Source: Candidatus Saccharimonadota bacterium (GTDB taxonomy: Bacteria; Patescibacteriota; Saccharimonadia; Saccharimonadales; Saccharimonadaceae). From it: a DNA stretch of 64,000 nt. The position numbers were made by a program, and so were the translations under genes. Location: contig JAQBRR010000002.1 in NCBI GenBank assembly GCA_028286365.1, forward strand, positions 42,165-106,164. The letters are read 5' to 3'. Each line of letters begins with the position of its first letter. Position 1 is the stretch's first letter. Positions 1 to 9,731 of this stretch are shown here, piece by piece. The notes under the pieces are model-generated. The model was not told the DNA's origin, ran no database searches, and was given only the letters and a program-made list of their open reading frames with translations.

Positions 1-1110
1 CCATAACACACCTTGGGTTTGCTTTAAGGTGTCGTCAACAACACCATCCGTCTCGAGTTGGAGTCGAACACTTCGATAGATACGACGGTCTTGAGTTGCT
101 TTATCAATTACTCCCTCACTAACTAAAGTATTCCGTAGTTGATGAACTTCATCCATGATTCGTGTCATATCAGAATTAGATATGTCTCGGATCCATGTAG
201 AGTTACTATACTTTTTATCCCTACGCGCATTGTAAAGAAAAGTTGAAACATCATCAGACTGTTCTTCATGCTCTGGTTCTGATGGCTCTGGTGGTGGAGG
301 CGTTTGAGGTGGTGGTGGGAATCTAAACCAGCTATCGCCAGTTGCGGTGCGACCAAATTTTCTTTTACGAGACTGTTCGCCAACCCATGCATCCTTTAAA
401 TCAGGGGGAGGGGTGCTACCTAGAGCTTCATATACAGGCACAGGTTTTGATACTGATGAGGCTTCGGCTTCTGGTTGGTTGAAGGTACCGCGTTTAAAGT
501 CTGCCTTAAATTGTTCTTGCTCCCGATAGACTCGGGCGCCAATTTCTTGTGCTTCTTCGAATGTTTTGCCTTCATCTATGGCCTTTTTACGAGCTTCATT
601 TGATAGGGTAATTGACGCTGATCGCTCACTGATAGCCTCACGCTGGTTACTGTGATTTTCACCCATACCATAACTAATAAAGCCACTTAGCGGACCTTTA
701 ACGAAACGTTTTTCGTCAGTATCAAGATTTTCGTTTGCATCTTTCACAGAGCCTAAATCGTAGTTACCAAGGTTATCTTCAACACCCGCCTCGGTCACTG
801 TCTCGAGAAACTCGTCACTCGATTTAGCGGGACGCATAGGTATGCCATTTTCGGTTACTCGGTATAACTCATTCGCTAGGGGATCCCGAAGCTTAAGCGA
901 CCTTTGGAACTCTGTGTATAGGCGGTTATCGGCCTGTGTACTACTGGTATTTTTTATCTGATAGAACTCACCGTTTGGACCACGGTGGGTTGTTGTGTAC
1001 TCTTTATCGATAGAACGATACCTTCCACGGACGCGAGGATCGGCAATAGGAATCCGTTCGGGTTCTTCTTCGGCTTCGTGGCTATGGTGTGATTCGGGAC
1101 CGTGACTCAT
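1..1110 (-). CDS. hypothetical protein; the C-terminal part runs off the window edge; Pro-rich central stretch
   Basis: My own minus-strand translation from ATG at 1110 (MSHGPESHHSHEAEEEPERIP...FPPPPQTPPPPEPSEPEHEE...) stays open for all 370 codons to base 1. It is absent from the ORF track because no stop lies in the window. No family recognised. Confidence 0.6.
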   Translation of the reverse strand, partial: MSHGPESHHSHEAEEEPERIPIADPRVRGRYRSIDKEYTTTHRGPNGEFYQIKNTSSTQADNRLYTEFQRSLKLRDPLANELYRVTENGIPMRPAKSSDEFLETVTEAGVEDNLGNYDLGSVKDANENLDTDEKRFVKGPLSGFISYGMGENHSNQREAISERSASITLSNEARKKAIDEGKTFEEAQEIGARVYREQEQFKADFKRGTFNQPEAEASSVSKPVPVYEALGSTPPPDLKDAWVGEQSRKRKFGRTATGDSWFRFPPPPQTPPPPEPSEPEHEEQSDDVSTFLYNARRDKKYSNSTWIRDISNSDMTRIMDEVHQLRNTLVSEGVIDKATQDRRIYRSVRLQLETDGVVDDTLKQTQGVLW

Positions 1111-1264
1111 ATCTGTTATTTCTACTTTTTGTGTTAGGCTGTTTACAGATTAAATATTAGCATAAATGTTATAAAAAGTCAACAGTATTGTATAGATATA
1201 AAAAATAGTGGACACACGTTCTTGTAAAGATATAGTAATAATACTATACTGAGTATAGTAATTA

Positions 1265-1822
1265 ATGAAAGGGAACACCAACATGACGCAAATCGCGGTA
1301 TTTGTAGGCAGTATTCGTGCTGACTCATTGAACAAAAAATTGGCAAAAAATCTCGAAGAGCTTGCACCCGTGGGAGTAACATTCATGTATGTTGATATCG
1401 CTTCACTGCCATTGTTTAACCAGGACGTCGAAGTAAGTGCTTATCCACCTGAAGCACAGGCTATCAAGGACATTGTCGTGGCTTCTGACGGTGTATTGTT
1501 TGTAACACCTGAATATAACCGTAGTATTCCAGGGGTTCTTAAGAATGCAATTGACTGGGTATCTCGACCTTGGGGCACTAACTCATTTAATGGCAAGCCT
1601 GTCGGTGTCGTCGGTGCATCTGGTAGTACATTAGGAACAGCACTTGCGCAATCGCACCTACGAAGCATCTTACTTTACCTAAATACAAAAGTTTTAGGCC
1701 AGCCAGAAGTATACTTTGCTGGAGCACATGAGTTGTTTGATGAAGAGGGGGTCGTTATCGATTCATCAAATGAATTTTTAAAGAAATATATCGATACACT
1801 TGTCGCGCACATAAACAGCTAA
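1265..1822 (+). CDS. NAD(P)H-dependent FMN reductase family oxidoreductase
   Basis: 185-aa ORF. The blocks IAVFVGSIRADSLNKKLA and FVTPEYNRSIPGVLKNAIDWVSRP are typical of the FMN_red/SsuE-ChrR family. The true start may be the ATG at 1283 (MTQ...). Confidence 0.8.
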   Translation: MKGNTNMTQIAVFVGSIRADSLNKKLAKNLEELAPVGVTFMYVDIASLPLFNQDVEVSAYPPEAQAIKDIVVASDGVLFVTPEYNRSIPGVLKNAIDWVSRPWGTNSFNGKPVGVVGASGSTLGTALAQSHLRSILLYLNTKVLGQPEVYFAGAHELFDEEGVVIDSSNEFLKKYIDTLVAHINS

Positions 1823-1968
1823 AATCATCGATGAACAAAATATGGGTGCTTTTTTGAGCACTCATATTTGTATTAGCTGTATTATAAAAAACTTGCTAGT
1901 GCTAAAATAAAGATAGAAACATGCGGGGTTCTACTTGTCGTTAGGGCGCGTTAATTGGAGGGTTATTT

Positions 1969-2652
1969 GTGATTGAGCTAAAAAACGTAACAAAAACGTA
2001 CGGTAAAAAACAAAATGCGTTTAAGGCTCTCGATAATATTAATTTTATCATTCCTGATGGTGCGAGTGTCGCGATTGTTGGTAAATCTGGTTCAGGTAAG
2101 TCGACGTTGATGCATGCAATGAGTGGACTTGATCGTCCCGAGACAGGTGAAGTTATTATTGACGGTGTCGATATCTTGCGGTTGAAGCCAAAAGCGGTTG
2201 ATAAGTTCAGGTCTCTTAAGATCGGGTTTATTTTTCAGTCATTTTTTGTTCAGGCTAATGAATCTTCGTTTGAAAATGTCGCGTTACCGTTAGAGATCGC
2301 CAATATTTCAGCCAGTGTACGTCGCAAACGAATCACGGCAGCTCTTCGTGTTGTCGGACTTAGTGACAAGGAAAGACAAAATGCCGGTAATCTATCAGGT
2401 GGTCAGAAGCAACGTCTGGCGATTGCTCGTGCAATCGTGAATCAACCTCGCATTATTTTTGCTGATGAGCCTACTGGAAATCTTGATACCCAGACAGGTA
2501 ATACAATTGAAAAGTTGTTGTTTGGTCTTAATAAACAAGGCGGTAGTACGCTGATTATTGTGACGCATGATGAAGAGCTAGCTGCCAAATGTGACATCAA
2601 GATATATATCGTGGATGGTAAAGTCAACCGCATCGTTGGAGGTAAAAAATAA
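1969..2652 (+). CDS. ABC transporter ATP-binding protein (MacB/LolD-FtsE-like)
   Basis: Walker A GKSGSGKST, signature LSGGQKQR, Walker B IIFADEPT. GTG start preceded by GGAGGG. Confidence 0.9.
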   Translation: MIELKNVTKTYGKKQNAFKALDNINFIIPDGASVAIVGKSGSGKSTLMHAMSGLDRPETGEVIIDGVDILRLKPKAVDKFRSLKIGFIFQSFFVQANESSFENVALPLEIANISASVRRKRITAALRVVGLSDKERQNAGNLSGGQKQRLAIARAIVNQPRIIFADEPTGNLDTQTGNTIEKLLFGLNKQGGSTLIIVTHDEELAAKCDIKIYIVDGKVNRIVGGKK

Positions 2653-4010
2653 TGAGAACTTTTGATATTATCAGACGAGCTGGTCGTAGCCTCAAGCACG
2701 CTAAGGCACGAACAATTCTGACGAGCCTAGCGATTGCGGTCGGTGCATTTACATTGACGCTTGCGATTGCCGCAGGTGAGGGTGCACGCGAATACGCAAA
2801 TACATTGCTGACCACAAATATTGATCCACAGGTGTTGGCTATTGCTAAAGATCCAAGTTTCTTCCAGGGAGGGCAAACTGGCCCACAGGAATATGACCCA
2901 AACGTATCCTTACAAACGCGCGCAGCGGGGAGCACGGTCATTAAACAGTTAACCCAAAGCGATATCGATGCAATTGCTGCGCGCAGCGACATTGCGAGCG
3001 TGAGTCCACGATATACGATTAACGCGCAGTACATTACGCGACCTGATCAAAAAAAGTATACAGTTGATGTGACTCAGTACGATTCAGGTGTGACACAAAC
3101 AGTTAGCGCTGGTAACTTGCCGCCTCTCCGTTCATCGATTACTGACAGTCAGATTGCTCTACCTGAGGCATATGTTTCGTTACTTGGTTTTAAGGATCCA
3201 GTTGATGCAATTGGCAAATCTGTCACTATCCACTTAACTCGTACACCAACGCTGACTCAAGCTGAAATAACCCAGGCAATTGCGGGCGGTGCTGCTGCAC
3301 TCCAGCAACTTGCAACCCCAGACGTAAAAGATTTTACATTTACGGTTGTTGCTATTGTCGGTAAGTCAGCTACGTCTCTAACAGCTGCCTCAAGTGTAGA
3401 AGTAAGTAATTCGCTTGCAAAGCAACTGTCCGACTTTAGTACGCTCGGTACGAGCAGCTATCAAAAATACAACCTTGCAACAGCTAGTGTAAAGGTAGGA
3501 ATTGATCCTGCAGTGGTTAAACAAGCACTGGTTGCGAAGGGTTATGGTGTTCAAACAGCTAAGGATCTACAAGGATTACTGTTTACGATTGTCAACGTAC
3601 TACAGGGGATTGTCTTTGGATTCGGTATCCTCGCACTCATCACCAGTGTCTTTGGCATTATTAATACTCAGTACATATCTGTACTTGAGCGTACTCGGGA
3701 AATCGGCCTCATGAAGGCACTCGGCATGCGCGGGCGTCATGTCAGTCGTCTGTTCCAATTCGAAGCAGCCTGGATCGGCTTTCTCGGGGGTATTATTGGT
3801 GCAGCCTTCGCGATCATTGCGGGACTTGTGCTAAATCCTTGGATTACAAACATGTTAACCCTTGGCGATGGCAATTATTTGCTTATTTTCCAACCTATTC
3901 CGATCGTGATATTAATTGTTGTGTTGATGTTGATCGCGATGCTTGCTGGCTATTTCCCAGCTCGGCGTGCTGCTAAACTTGATCCAATCGAAGCTCTGCG
4001 CACTGAATAA
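2652..4010 (+). CDS. ABC transporter permease, FtsX/MacB-type
   Basis: 452 aa with an N-terminal TM, a large periplasmic-type domain and a C-terminal 3-TM FtsX-like module. Its start overlaps the stop of the ATPase gene (ATAATG). Confidence 0.85.
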   Translation: MRTFDIIRRAGRSLKHAKARTILTSLAIAVGAFTLTLAIAAGEGAREYANTLLTTNIDPQVLAIAKDPSFFQGGQTGPQEYDPNVSLQTRAAGSTVIKQLTQSDIDAIAARSDIASVSPRYTINAQYITRPDQKKYTVDVTQYDSGVTQTVSAGNLPPLRSSITDSQIALPEAYVSLLGFKDPVDAIGKSVTIHLTRTPTLTQAEITQAIAGGAAALQQLATPDVKDFTFTVVAIVGKSATSLTAASSVEVSNSLAKQLSDFSTLGTSSYQKYNLATASVKVGIDPAVVKQALVAKGYGVQTAKDLQGLLFTIVNVLQGIVFGFGILALITSVFGIINTQYISVLERTREIGLMKALGMRGRHVSRLFQFEAAWIGFLGGIIGAAFAIIAGLVLNPWITNMLTLGDGNYLLIFQPIPIVILIVVLMLIAMLAGYFPARRAAKLDPIEALRTE

Positions 4011-4034
4011 CAGATAATTTGGTACAATAAACCT

Positions 4035-5279
4035 ATGTTAGATATTCGCTTCATACGAGAAAACCCAGAACTCGTACAGGATAATGCCCAGAAAAAAGGC
4101 TACTCGGTTAATATTGATGAGCTTTTGAAAATTGACGCGAGTAAACGAGCCCTGGGGCAGCAGGCGGATGAGCTACGTGAAAAGCGTAACACGATCTCAT
4201 CTCAGATGCAGGGTGGCAAACCATCAGACGAACTTATAGCAGATGCTAAGACAATCAAAGATGAACTCGCAACAATTGAGCCTGACCTCAAACAAGCCGA
4301 AGAACAGTATGGTGTTCTAATGTCGCAGATTCCAAACATGATGCAAATGGACGTGCCACTCGGCGGAGAAGAGAACAGTGTTGAGATTAAAAAATGGGGC
4401 GAGCAAGGAAGCGGTGCGGTTGATCATTTAGATTTTGCGACCAAACGAAATTGGGTAGATTTTGAACGTGGCGCGAAGGTTGCAAGCAGTAAATTCTACT
4501 TCCTAAAAGGTGACTTGGCGCTTCTTGAAAATGCGATAACCCAATTTGCACTTAATTTTGTTATCAAAAAAGGCTTTACCTACATGACTTTGCCGCATAT
4601 GGTGAATAGCCGCACAGCGCAGGGTGCAGGATTTTCACCTCGTAGTGACATTGAGAGTAATGAATATTTTATCGAAGGCGACGATCTATCCCTAATCGGT
4701 ACCGCCGAAGCACCACTCACTGGCTATCATGCTGACGAGATTCTTGATGAGGCCAGCCTCCCGTTACTATATGCAGGCTATAGTCCGTCATACCGCAAAG
4801 AAGCAGGCACATACGGCAAGTTTAACCGCGGACTATTTCGTGTTCATCAATTTAATAAGCTTGAAATGTACATATACTCATTACCAGAACAGAGTATTGA
4901 GATGCATGAAAAGATCCTGGCTATCGAAGAAGAGATATGGCAGGCACTTGGAATACCTTACCACGTTATTAATATTGCGGCGGGGGACTTAGGTGCACCA
5001 GCGAGCAAGAAATATGATCTAGAGTACTGGTCACCAGTTGATGGAACCTACCGCGAATTAACCAGTGCGTCAAACTGTACTGACTTTCAGGCACGCAACT
5101 TAAATATACGCGTTCGCCGTACGTCGGGCGAAGTTGAACCTGTCCATACACTCAACGGCACAGCAGTCTCGCTGGCTCGTTCACTCGTTGCAGTACTCGA
5201 ACATTATCAGAACGATGATGGGACATTACGGGTTCCTGATGTACTCAAACAATACCTTGATGGCCGCGACACCCTATAG
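4035..5279 (+). CDS. serS: serine--tRNA ligase
   Basis: 414 aa with an N-terminal coiled-coil arm and a class II core (FRVHQFNKLEMY, GTAVSLARSLVAVLE). Confidence 0.95.
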   Translation: MLDIRFIRENPELVQDNAQKKGYSVNIDELLKIDASKRALGQQADELREKRNTISSQMQGGKPSDELIADAKTIKDELATIEPDLKQAEEQYGVLMSQIPNMMQMDVPLGGEENSVEIKKWGEQGSGAVDHLDFATKRNWVDFERGAKVASSKFYFLKGDLALLENAITQFALNFVIKKGFTYMTLPHMVNSRTAQGAGFSPRSDIESNEYFIEGDDLSLIGTAEAPLTGYHADEILDEASLPLLYAGYSPSYRKEAGTYGKFNRGLFRVHQFNKLEMYIYSLPEQSIEMHEKILAIEEEIWQALGIPYHVINIAAGDLGAPASKKYDLEYWSPVDGTYRELTSASNCTDFQARNLNIRVRRTSGEVEPVHTLNGTAVSLARSLVAVLEHYQNDDGTLRVPDVLKQYLDGRDTL

Positions 5280-5326
5280 CACAAGTGTTATACTAAAGGT
5301 ACCAACCAAGTAACTAGGAGGGTAGC

Positions 5327-5701
5327 ATGATTACATCAATTGAAATTACAGGATTAAACAATTACACCTTGGACGATACGACAAAAAAGTATATCACCAA
5401 GAAAATTGGACGATTGGATCGCTACCTTCCGCGCCATGCCAGAGCAAGTGTTTCGGCTGAAGTAAGACTCAAAACAGTAAATCGTAACCACGGTAATAAG
5501 TATGAAGCTGAAGTCATGTTAAACGTACCTGACAAAATGATTACTGCCAAAGATTCAACGCTTAATGTATTAGCTGCTGTTGATATCGTTGAAGCAAAAA
5601 TTGTCTCACAACTTCGTAAGTACAAACAAACGACGATTAGTCACGTCGGGAGACGTGGTGTAATGAGTCGTTTTAAACGAGGCTTTGCACGCGAATTATA
5701 G
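5327..5701 (+). CDS. hpf: ribosome hibernation-promoting factor / RaiA family (short form)
   Basis: 124 aa. The N-terminus (ITG.N..L.D..KKYI.KKIGRLDRYL) resembles the sigma-54 modulation/YfiA family. SD AGGAGGG upstream. Confidence 0.7.
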   Translation: MITSIEITGLNNYTLDDTTKKYITKKIGRLDRYLPRHARASVSAEVRLKTVNRNHGNKYEAEVMLNVPDKMITAKDSTLNVLAAVDIVEAKIVSQLRKYKQTTISHVGRRGVMSRFKRGFAREL

Positions 5702-5790
5702 GTAGTCTTTGACCTTGTCCAAAGTTGCTTCTGGCCGTATAATATAAGGAGTATTTTTACAGAAGCAACTGAAACGCGAGGGTTTTTAAT

Positions 5791-8412
5791 ATGGTAAGTA
5801 GACAGGGTGTGTTGACCAAAATTTTTGGTGACCCACAAACTAAGATCTTAAAGGGTCTTCAAAAAAGGGTCGGGGCGATCAATGCGCTAACTGACAAATA
5901 TGCAGCGTTTTCTAAAGCAGATCTAAAAAAGCAGACGGAATCCCTCAAGAAACAACTACAAAAAAAAGGTACGACGCTCGATCTTATTTTGCCTGACGCA
6001 TTCGCACTTGTGCGCGAAGCAAGCGATCGAGTACTAGGTATGCGCCATTTCGATGTGCAGCTAATTGGTGGCATGGCGCTGCATGACGGTAATGTAGCCG
6101 AAATGAAAACTGGTGAAGGTAAGACATTGGTTGCAACATTGCCAGTTTATCTCAACGCGCTCGACGAAAAAGGTGTCCACGTTGTTACAGTGAATGATTA
6201 TCTTGCACAGCGTGACGCGAGCTGGATGGGTGAGTTATACCATTTCCTCGGTCTCTCAACTGGTGTGATTATTAATGAAGCATCGTTTTTATATGATCCC
6301 TCATTTGATAATGAGGCGCATGACGATCCACGCATGAAGCGACTGAGGCCAGCTACCCGTAAGGAAGCTTACGCGGCTGATATTACCTATGGCACAAATA
6401 ATGAATTTGGGTTTGATTATCTGCGCGATAACATGGTGAATGAAGTTGATTTGCTTCGTCAACGTGAGCTCAACTTTGCAATTGTAGATGAGGTAGACAG
6501 TATTCTCATTGACGAAGCTAGGACGCCACTTATCATTAGTGCGCCAGCTGCGGAAAATCCAGATAGCTATTATCAGTTCGCAAAAATTGCAGCTAAGCTA
6601 AATGACAAAGATTACGTACTCGATGAAAAACGTCGAAGCGTTGCATTGACAGATGAAGGTGTTGAGAAAATCCAGAAATTACTTGGCATCAAGAATCTCT
6701 ATAGCCCAGAATATGTTCGCTCAGTCTATCATATCGATCAATCACTTCGTGCGCAGACACTATTCAAGCGCGATAAAGACTACGTGGTGACCAATGATGG
6801 TGAAGTAGTCATTGTTGATGAATTCACCGGTCGTTTGATGCAAGGACGTCGCTATAACGAAGGTCTTCACCAGGCAATCGAAGCCAAGGAAGGCGTGCCA
6901 GTTCTACAAGAGAGCATGACGCTTGCGACAATTTCGTTCCAAAATTACTTCCGCATTTACAAGAAACTTTCTGGCATGACAGGAACCGCATTTACAGAGG
7001 CGGAAGAGTTCCAACAGATCTACAGTCTTGATGTTATTCAGATTCCATCAAATCGTCCTATCGCAAGAAACGACAAACAGGATCTCATTTTCAAGACCGA
7101 AAAGGGAAAATTAAAAGCAGTAGCAAAGGCAATCAAGGAATATCACGAAATCGGACGTCCGGTACTTGTGGGCTCAGCCTCAATCGCTAAGAACGAATTG
7201 ATTGCTGAGTGGCTTGATAAAGAAAAAGTGCCATACGAGCTTCTCAATGCTAAGAATAACGAGCGTGAAGCAGCCATTATTGAAAAGGCGGGGGAAAAGG
7301 GCGCGATTACGCTTGCAACAAATATTGCTGGTCGTGGAACTGACATCAAGCTTGGTGAGGGTGTTGTTGATCTTGGTGGACTCGTTGTTATCGGGTCTGA
7401 ACGTCACGAATCTAGGCGTATTGATAATCAGCTACGTGGACGTGGTGGACGACAAGGTGACCCTGGTGAGACACAATTTTATGTCTCAACAGAGGATGAC
7501 CTTATGCGTATTTTCCAGGGTGAACGCATCAAGGCTTTGATGGATCGACTAGGTGTTGATGATGATACCTCTATTCAAAATAAAGCCGTCTCGAAGACGC
7601 TCGAAGCTGCTCAGAAGCGAGTTGAGGGCTATAACTTTGATACACGTAAAAATGTTGTTCAATATGATAATGTGATCAACCGTCATCGACGTGTGGTCTA
7701 CACGATTCGTCGCAAAATCCTTGAAGGTACAGATATTAAACCTGAAATTGAGCGACTAATTTACGCAAAAGTGCAGGAACTAACCATCTTGCCAGCCAAG
7801 AATAATAAGAAATTTGCCGAAGAGTTCGAAGTAATTTTCCCGCTTAATGACAAGCGACTCAAGGCTATTGGCGATGAGAAGAACGACAAACAGCGTCTAG
7901 AACTCGCCAAAAAAGAAGTTGATAAGCTCTACAAAACCAAGGAAGAGGAACTCGATATTGAGACGATTCGCAAAGTCGAACGTGAAGTATATTTACAAGT
8001 TCTCGACACACTGTGGATGCAGCACCTCGAGAATATGCAGCATCTCCGTGAGGGTATTCACTGGCGTAGCGTTGGTCAACGTGACCCACTGGTTGAGTAT
8101 CGTAGTGAATCTGCTAAATTATTCGAAAGTCTTCAAGCGACTCTGCGTGATGAAGTCCTGAGGGCTGTCATGCATGTTCACAAGAATGACGTTGTGGCAC
8201 GAATCGATGAAGATCATGAAACCGAGCTTACGCGTCTTGCCGAAAACGCTGTCGAAAAAGGCGTTAACGAGGTGACGGGTGGAGAAAAAAGTCGTGACAA
8301 AGACTTTAAGGTTCAAAAAGCAACAGCGGTAGCCGAGCTACATCATAAAAAGAATGTGGTTCGCAAGAAAAAGAAATCAGAACGTCAGAATCGTAAGAAA
8401 AATCGTCATTAA
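5791..8412 (+). CDS. secA: preprotein translocase ATPase SecA
   Basis: 873 aa with MKTGEGKTLVATLP, DEVDSILIDEARTPLIIS and TNIAGRGTDIKLG. It has a Lys-rich C-terminal tail instead of a Zn finger. Confidence 0.97.
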   Translation: MVSRQGVLTKIFGDPQTKILKGLQKRVGAINALTDKYAAFSKADLKKQTESLKKQLQKKGTTLDLILPDAFALVREASDRVLGMRHFDVQLIGGMALHDGNVAEMKTGEGKTLVATLPVYLNALDEKGVHVVTVNDYLAQRDASWMGELYHFLGLSTGVIINEASFLYDPSFDNEAHDDPRMKRLRPATRKEAYAADITYGTNNEFGFDYLRDNMVNEVDLLRQRELNFAIVDEVDSILIDEARTPLIISAPAAENPDSYYQFAKIAAKLNDKDYVLDEKRRSVALTDEGVEKIQKLLGIKNLYSPEYVRSVYHIDQSLRAQTLFKRDKDYVVTNDGEVVIVDEFTGRLMQGRRYNEGLHQAIEAKEGVPVLQESMTLATISFQNYFRIYKKLSGMTGTAFTEAEEFQQIYSLDVIQIPSNRPIARNDKQDLIFKTEKGKLKAVAKAIKEYHEIGRPVLVGSASIAKNELIAEWLDKEKVPYELLNAKNNEREAAIIEKAGEKGAITLATNIAGRGTDIKLGEGVVDLGGLVVIGSERHESRRIDNQLRGRGGRQGDPGETQFYVSTEDDLMRIFQGERIKALMDRLGVDDDTSIQNKAVSKTLEAAQKRVEGYNFDTRKNVVQYDNVINRHRRVVYTIRRKILEGTDIKPEIERLIYAKVQELTILPAKNNKKFAEEFEVIFPLNDKRLKAIGDEKNDKQRLELAKKEVDKLYKTKEEELDIETIRKVEREVYLQVLDTLWMQHLENMQHLREGIHWRSVGQRDPLVEYRSESAKLFESLQATLRDEVLRAVMHVHKNDVVARIDEDHETELTRLAENAVEKGVNEVTGGEKSRDKDFKVQKATAVAELHHKKNVVRKKKKSERQNRKKNRH

Positions 8413-8435
8413 CGGCCGACCAGAAAGAAAAATAT

Positions 8436-9722
8436 ATGCAACATACCGTTGAAGAAATACGTTTAAAAAACGGCGCAAGGGGTCTTCTCATTGATGTACC
8501 CGGTGCGACTGTCATGAGCATGCAGTTTCAGTTCCGAGCAGGAAATCGTTACGCCAAATCCAAGGATATTGAGCAAGTTGCACACATTATGGAGCACATG
8601 GCCTTTGGTGCTAATGCACGTTACAAATCAGAGCATGAATTTGCTGCTGACTTCTCAAAAAATGGCGCGCTTAGTAATGCCTATACGACCGATTTATCAA
8701 TGGTATACGAAGCTGACTGTGCCGATTTTGAGTGGGATAGAATTCTTGATCTTCAGAAGTTATCCATTTGTCAGCCAAAGTTTAACGATCTTGAACTGCA
8801 GGCCGAAAAAGGAAATGTTCGAGGAGAATTAACAAATTATCTCAATGATCACCACCGTATTTTGTGGCCACGGGTTCAGCAGCTACTTGGTGAGGACGTA
8901 CTGACATATCGTCAATCACTACCAACGATCGGTTCGGTGACACTTGCTGACGTACGTGAACACCATCGTCGAACGCACACGACACGCAATATGCGTTTTG
9001 TCATTGCGGGTAAACTTGATGGACGTAAAGCTGAGATTAAACGACAGCTCGAAGACATCGAATTACCAGAGGGTGAACGGTTTGAAATTCCTAGGGATGA
9101 ACTCATTAGTAGTGGTGCAAACATTATTCGTCGTAAGGACGCCTCGAATCTAACGTTTAACTGGTCAATGGCGATATCACGAGAGCTTAATGACGAAGAG
9201 CTCGACGCTATGCACTATCTTAATCACATCTTAACGGGCACGATGTATTCACGTATCTTTGGTGCAGCTAGGCAAAAAGGTTTGGCGTATAACATTAATG
9301 CACATGCTGGTGCGGGTTACTACGACAGTAGCTGGGATATTTATGGACAGGTTAATCACGAAACGGCTGGTGAATTATTCGACATCATCACTCGTGAAAT
9401 TGGTTGTGTTCTAGACGGTAAGATTACGGATAGTGAGATAGAGGCAGCAAAATCGTTTGCACTAGGTCGCTATCAAATGGGTGCACAGACAGTTTCACAA
9501 ATTAGCGGTTTTTACACGGGACGTTATTTTGCTGATGACTTCATCAAGGATTACGAAGCTGTGCCGCAAATGATCAAAAATGTAACGCTGGATCGAATGG
9601 TTACAACTGCACGCGGTTTCATTAACGAGAATATTTGGGTACTGGCCGCAGTTAGTAGTGGCGAGAAGCAGGAAATCGTCGACCTTGGCGATAAACTAGC
9701 GCCATTGTTCGAACCCAGGTAG
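8436..9722 (+). CDS. M16 (insulinase/pitrilysin) family peptidase
   Basis: 428 aa. Inverted zinc motif HIMEH (HxxEH) near the N-terminus. Confidence 0.85.
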   Translation: MQHTVEEIRLKNGARGLLIDVPGATVMSMQFQFRAGNRYAKSKDIEQVAHIMEHMAFGANARYKSEHEFAADFSKNGALSNAYTTDLSMVYEADCADFEWDRILDLQKLSICQPKFNDLELQAEKGNVRGELTNYLNDHHRILWPRVQQLLGEDVLTYRQSLPTIGSVTLADVREHHRRTHTTRNMRFVIAGKLDGRKAEIKRQLEDIELPEGERFEIPRDELISSGANIIRRKDASNLTFNWSMAISRELNDEELDAMHYLNHILTGTMYSRIFGAARQKGLAYNINAHAGAGYYDSSWDIYGQVNHETAGELFDIITREIGCVLDGKITDSEIEAAKSFALGRYQMGAQTVSQISGFYTGRYFADDFIKDYEAVPQMIKNVTLDRMVTTARGFINENIWVLAAVSSGEKQEIVDLGDKLAPLFEPR

Positions 9723-9731
9723 AATAGATTC

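Noticed and set aside
2624-3034. A long antisense ORF inside the ABC permease gene. Similar shadow ORFs occur at 15182-15670, 33766-34350, 35007-35453, 55209-55661, 55731-56114, 58645-58989 and 59337-59549, among others.
   Set aside because: Each lies opposite to, or out of frame with, a gene that has clear family motifs or a better promoter and terminator context. They have no SD or promoter, and several run through conserved hairpins or terminators.
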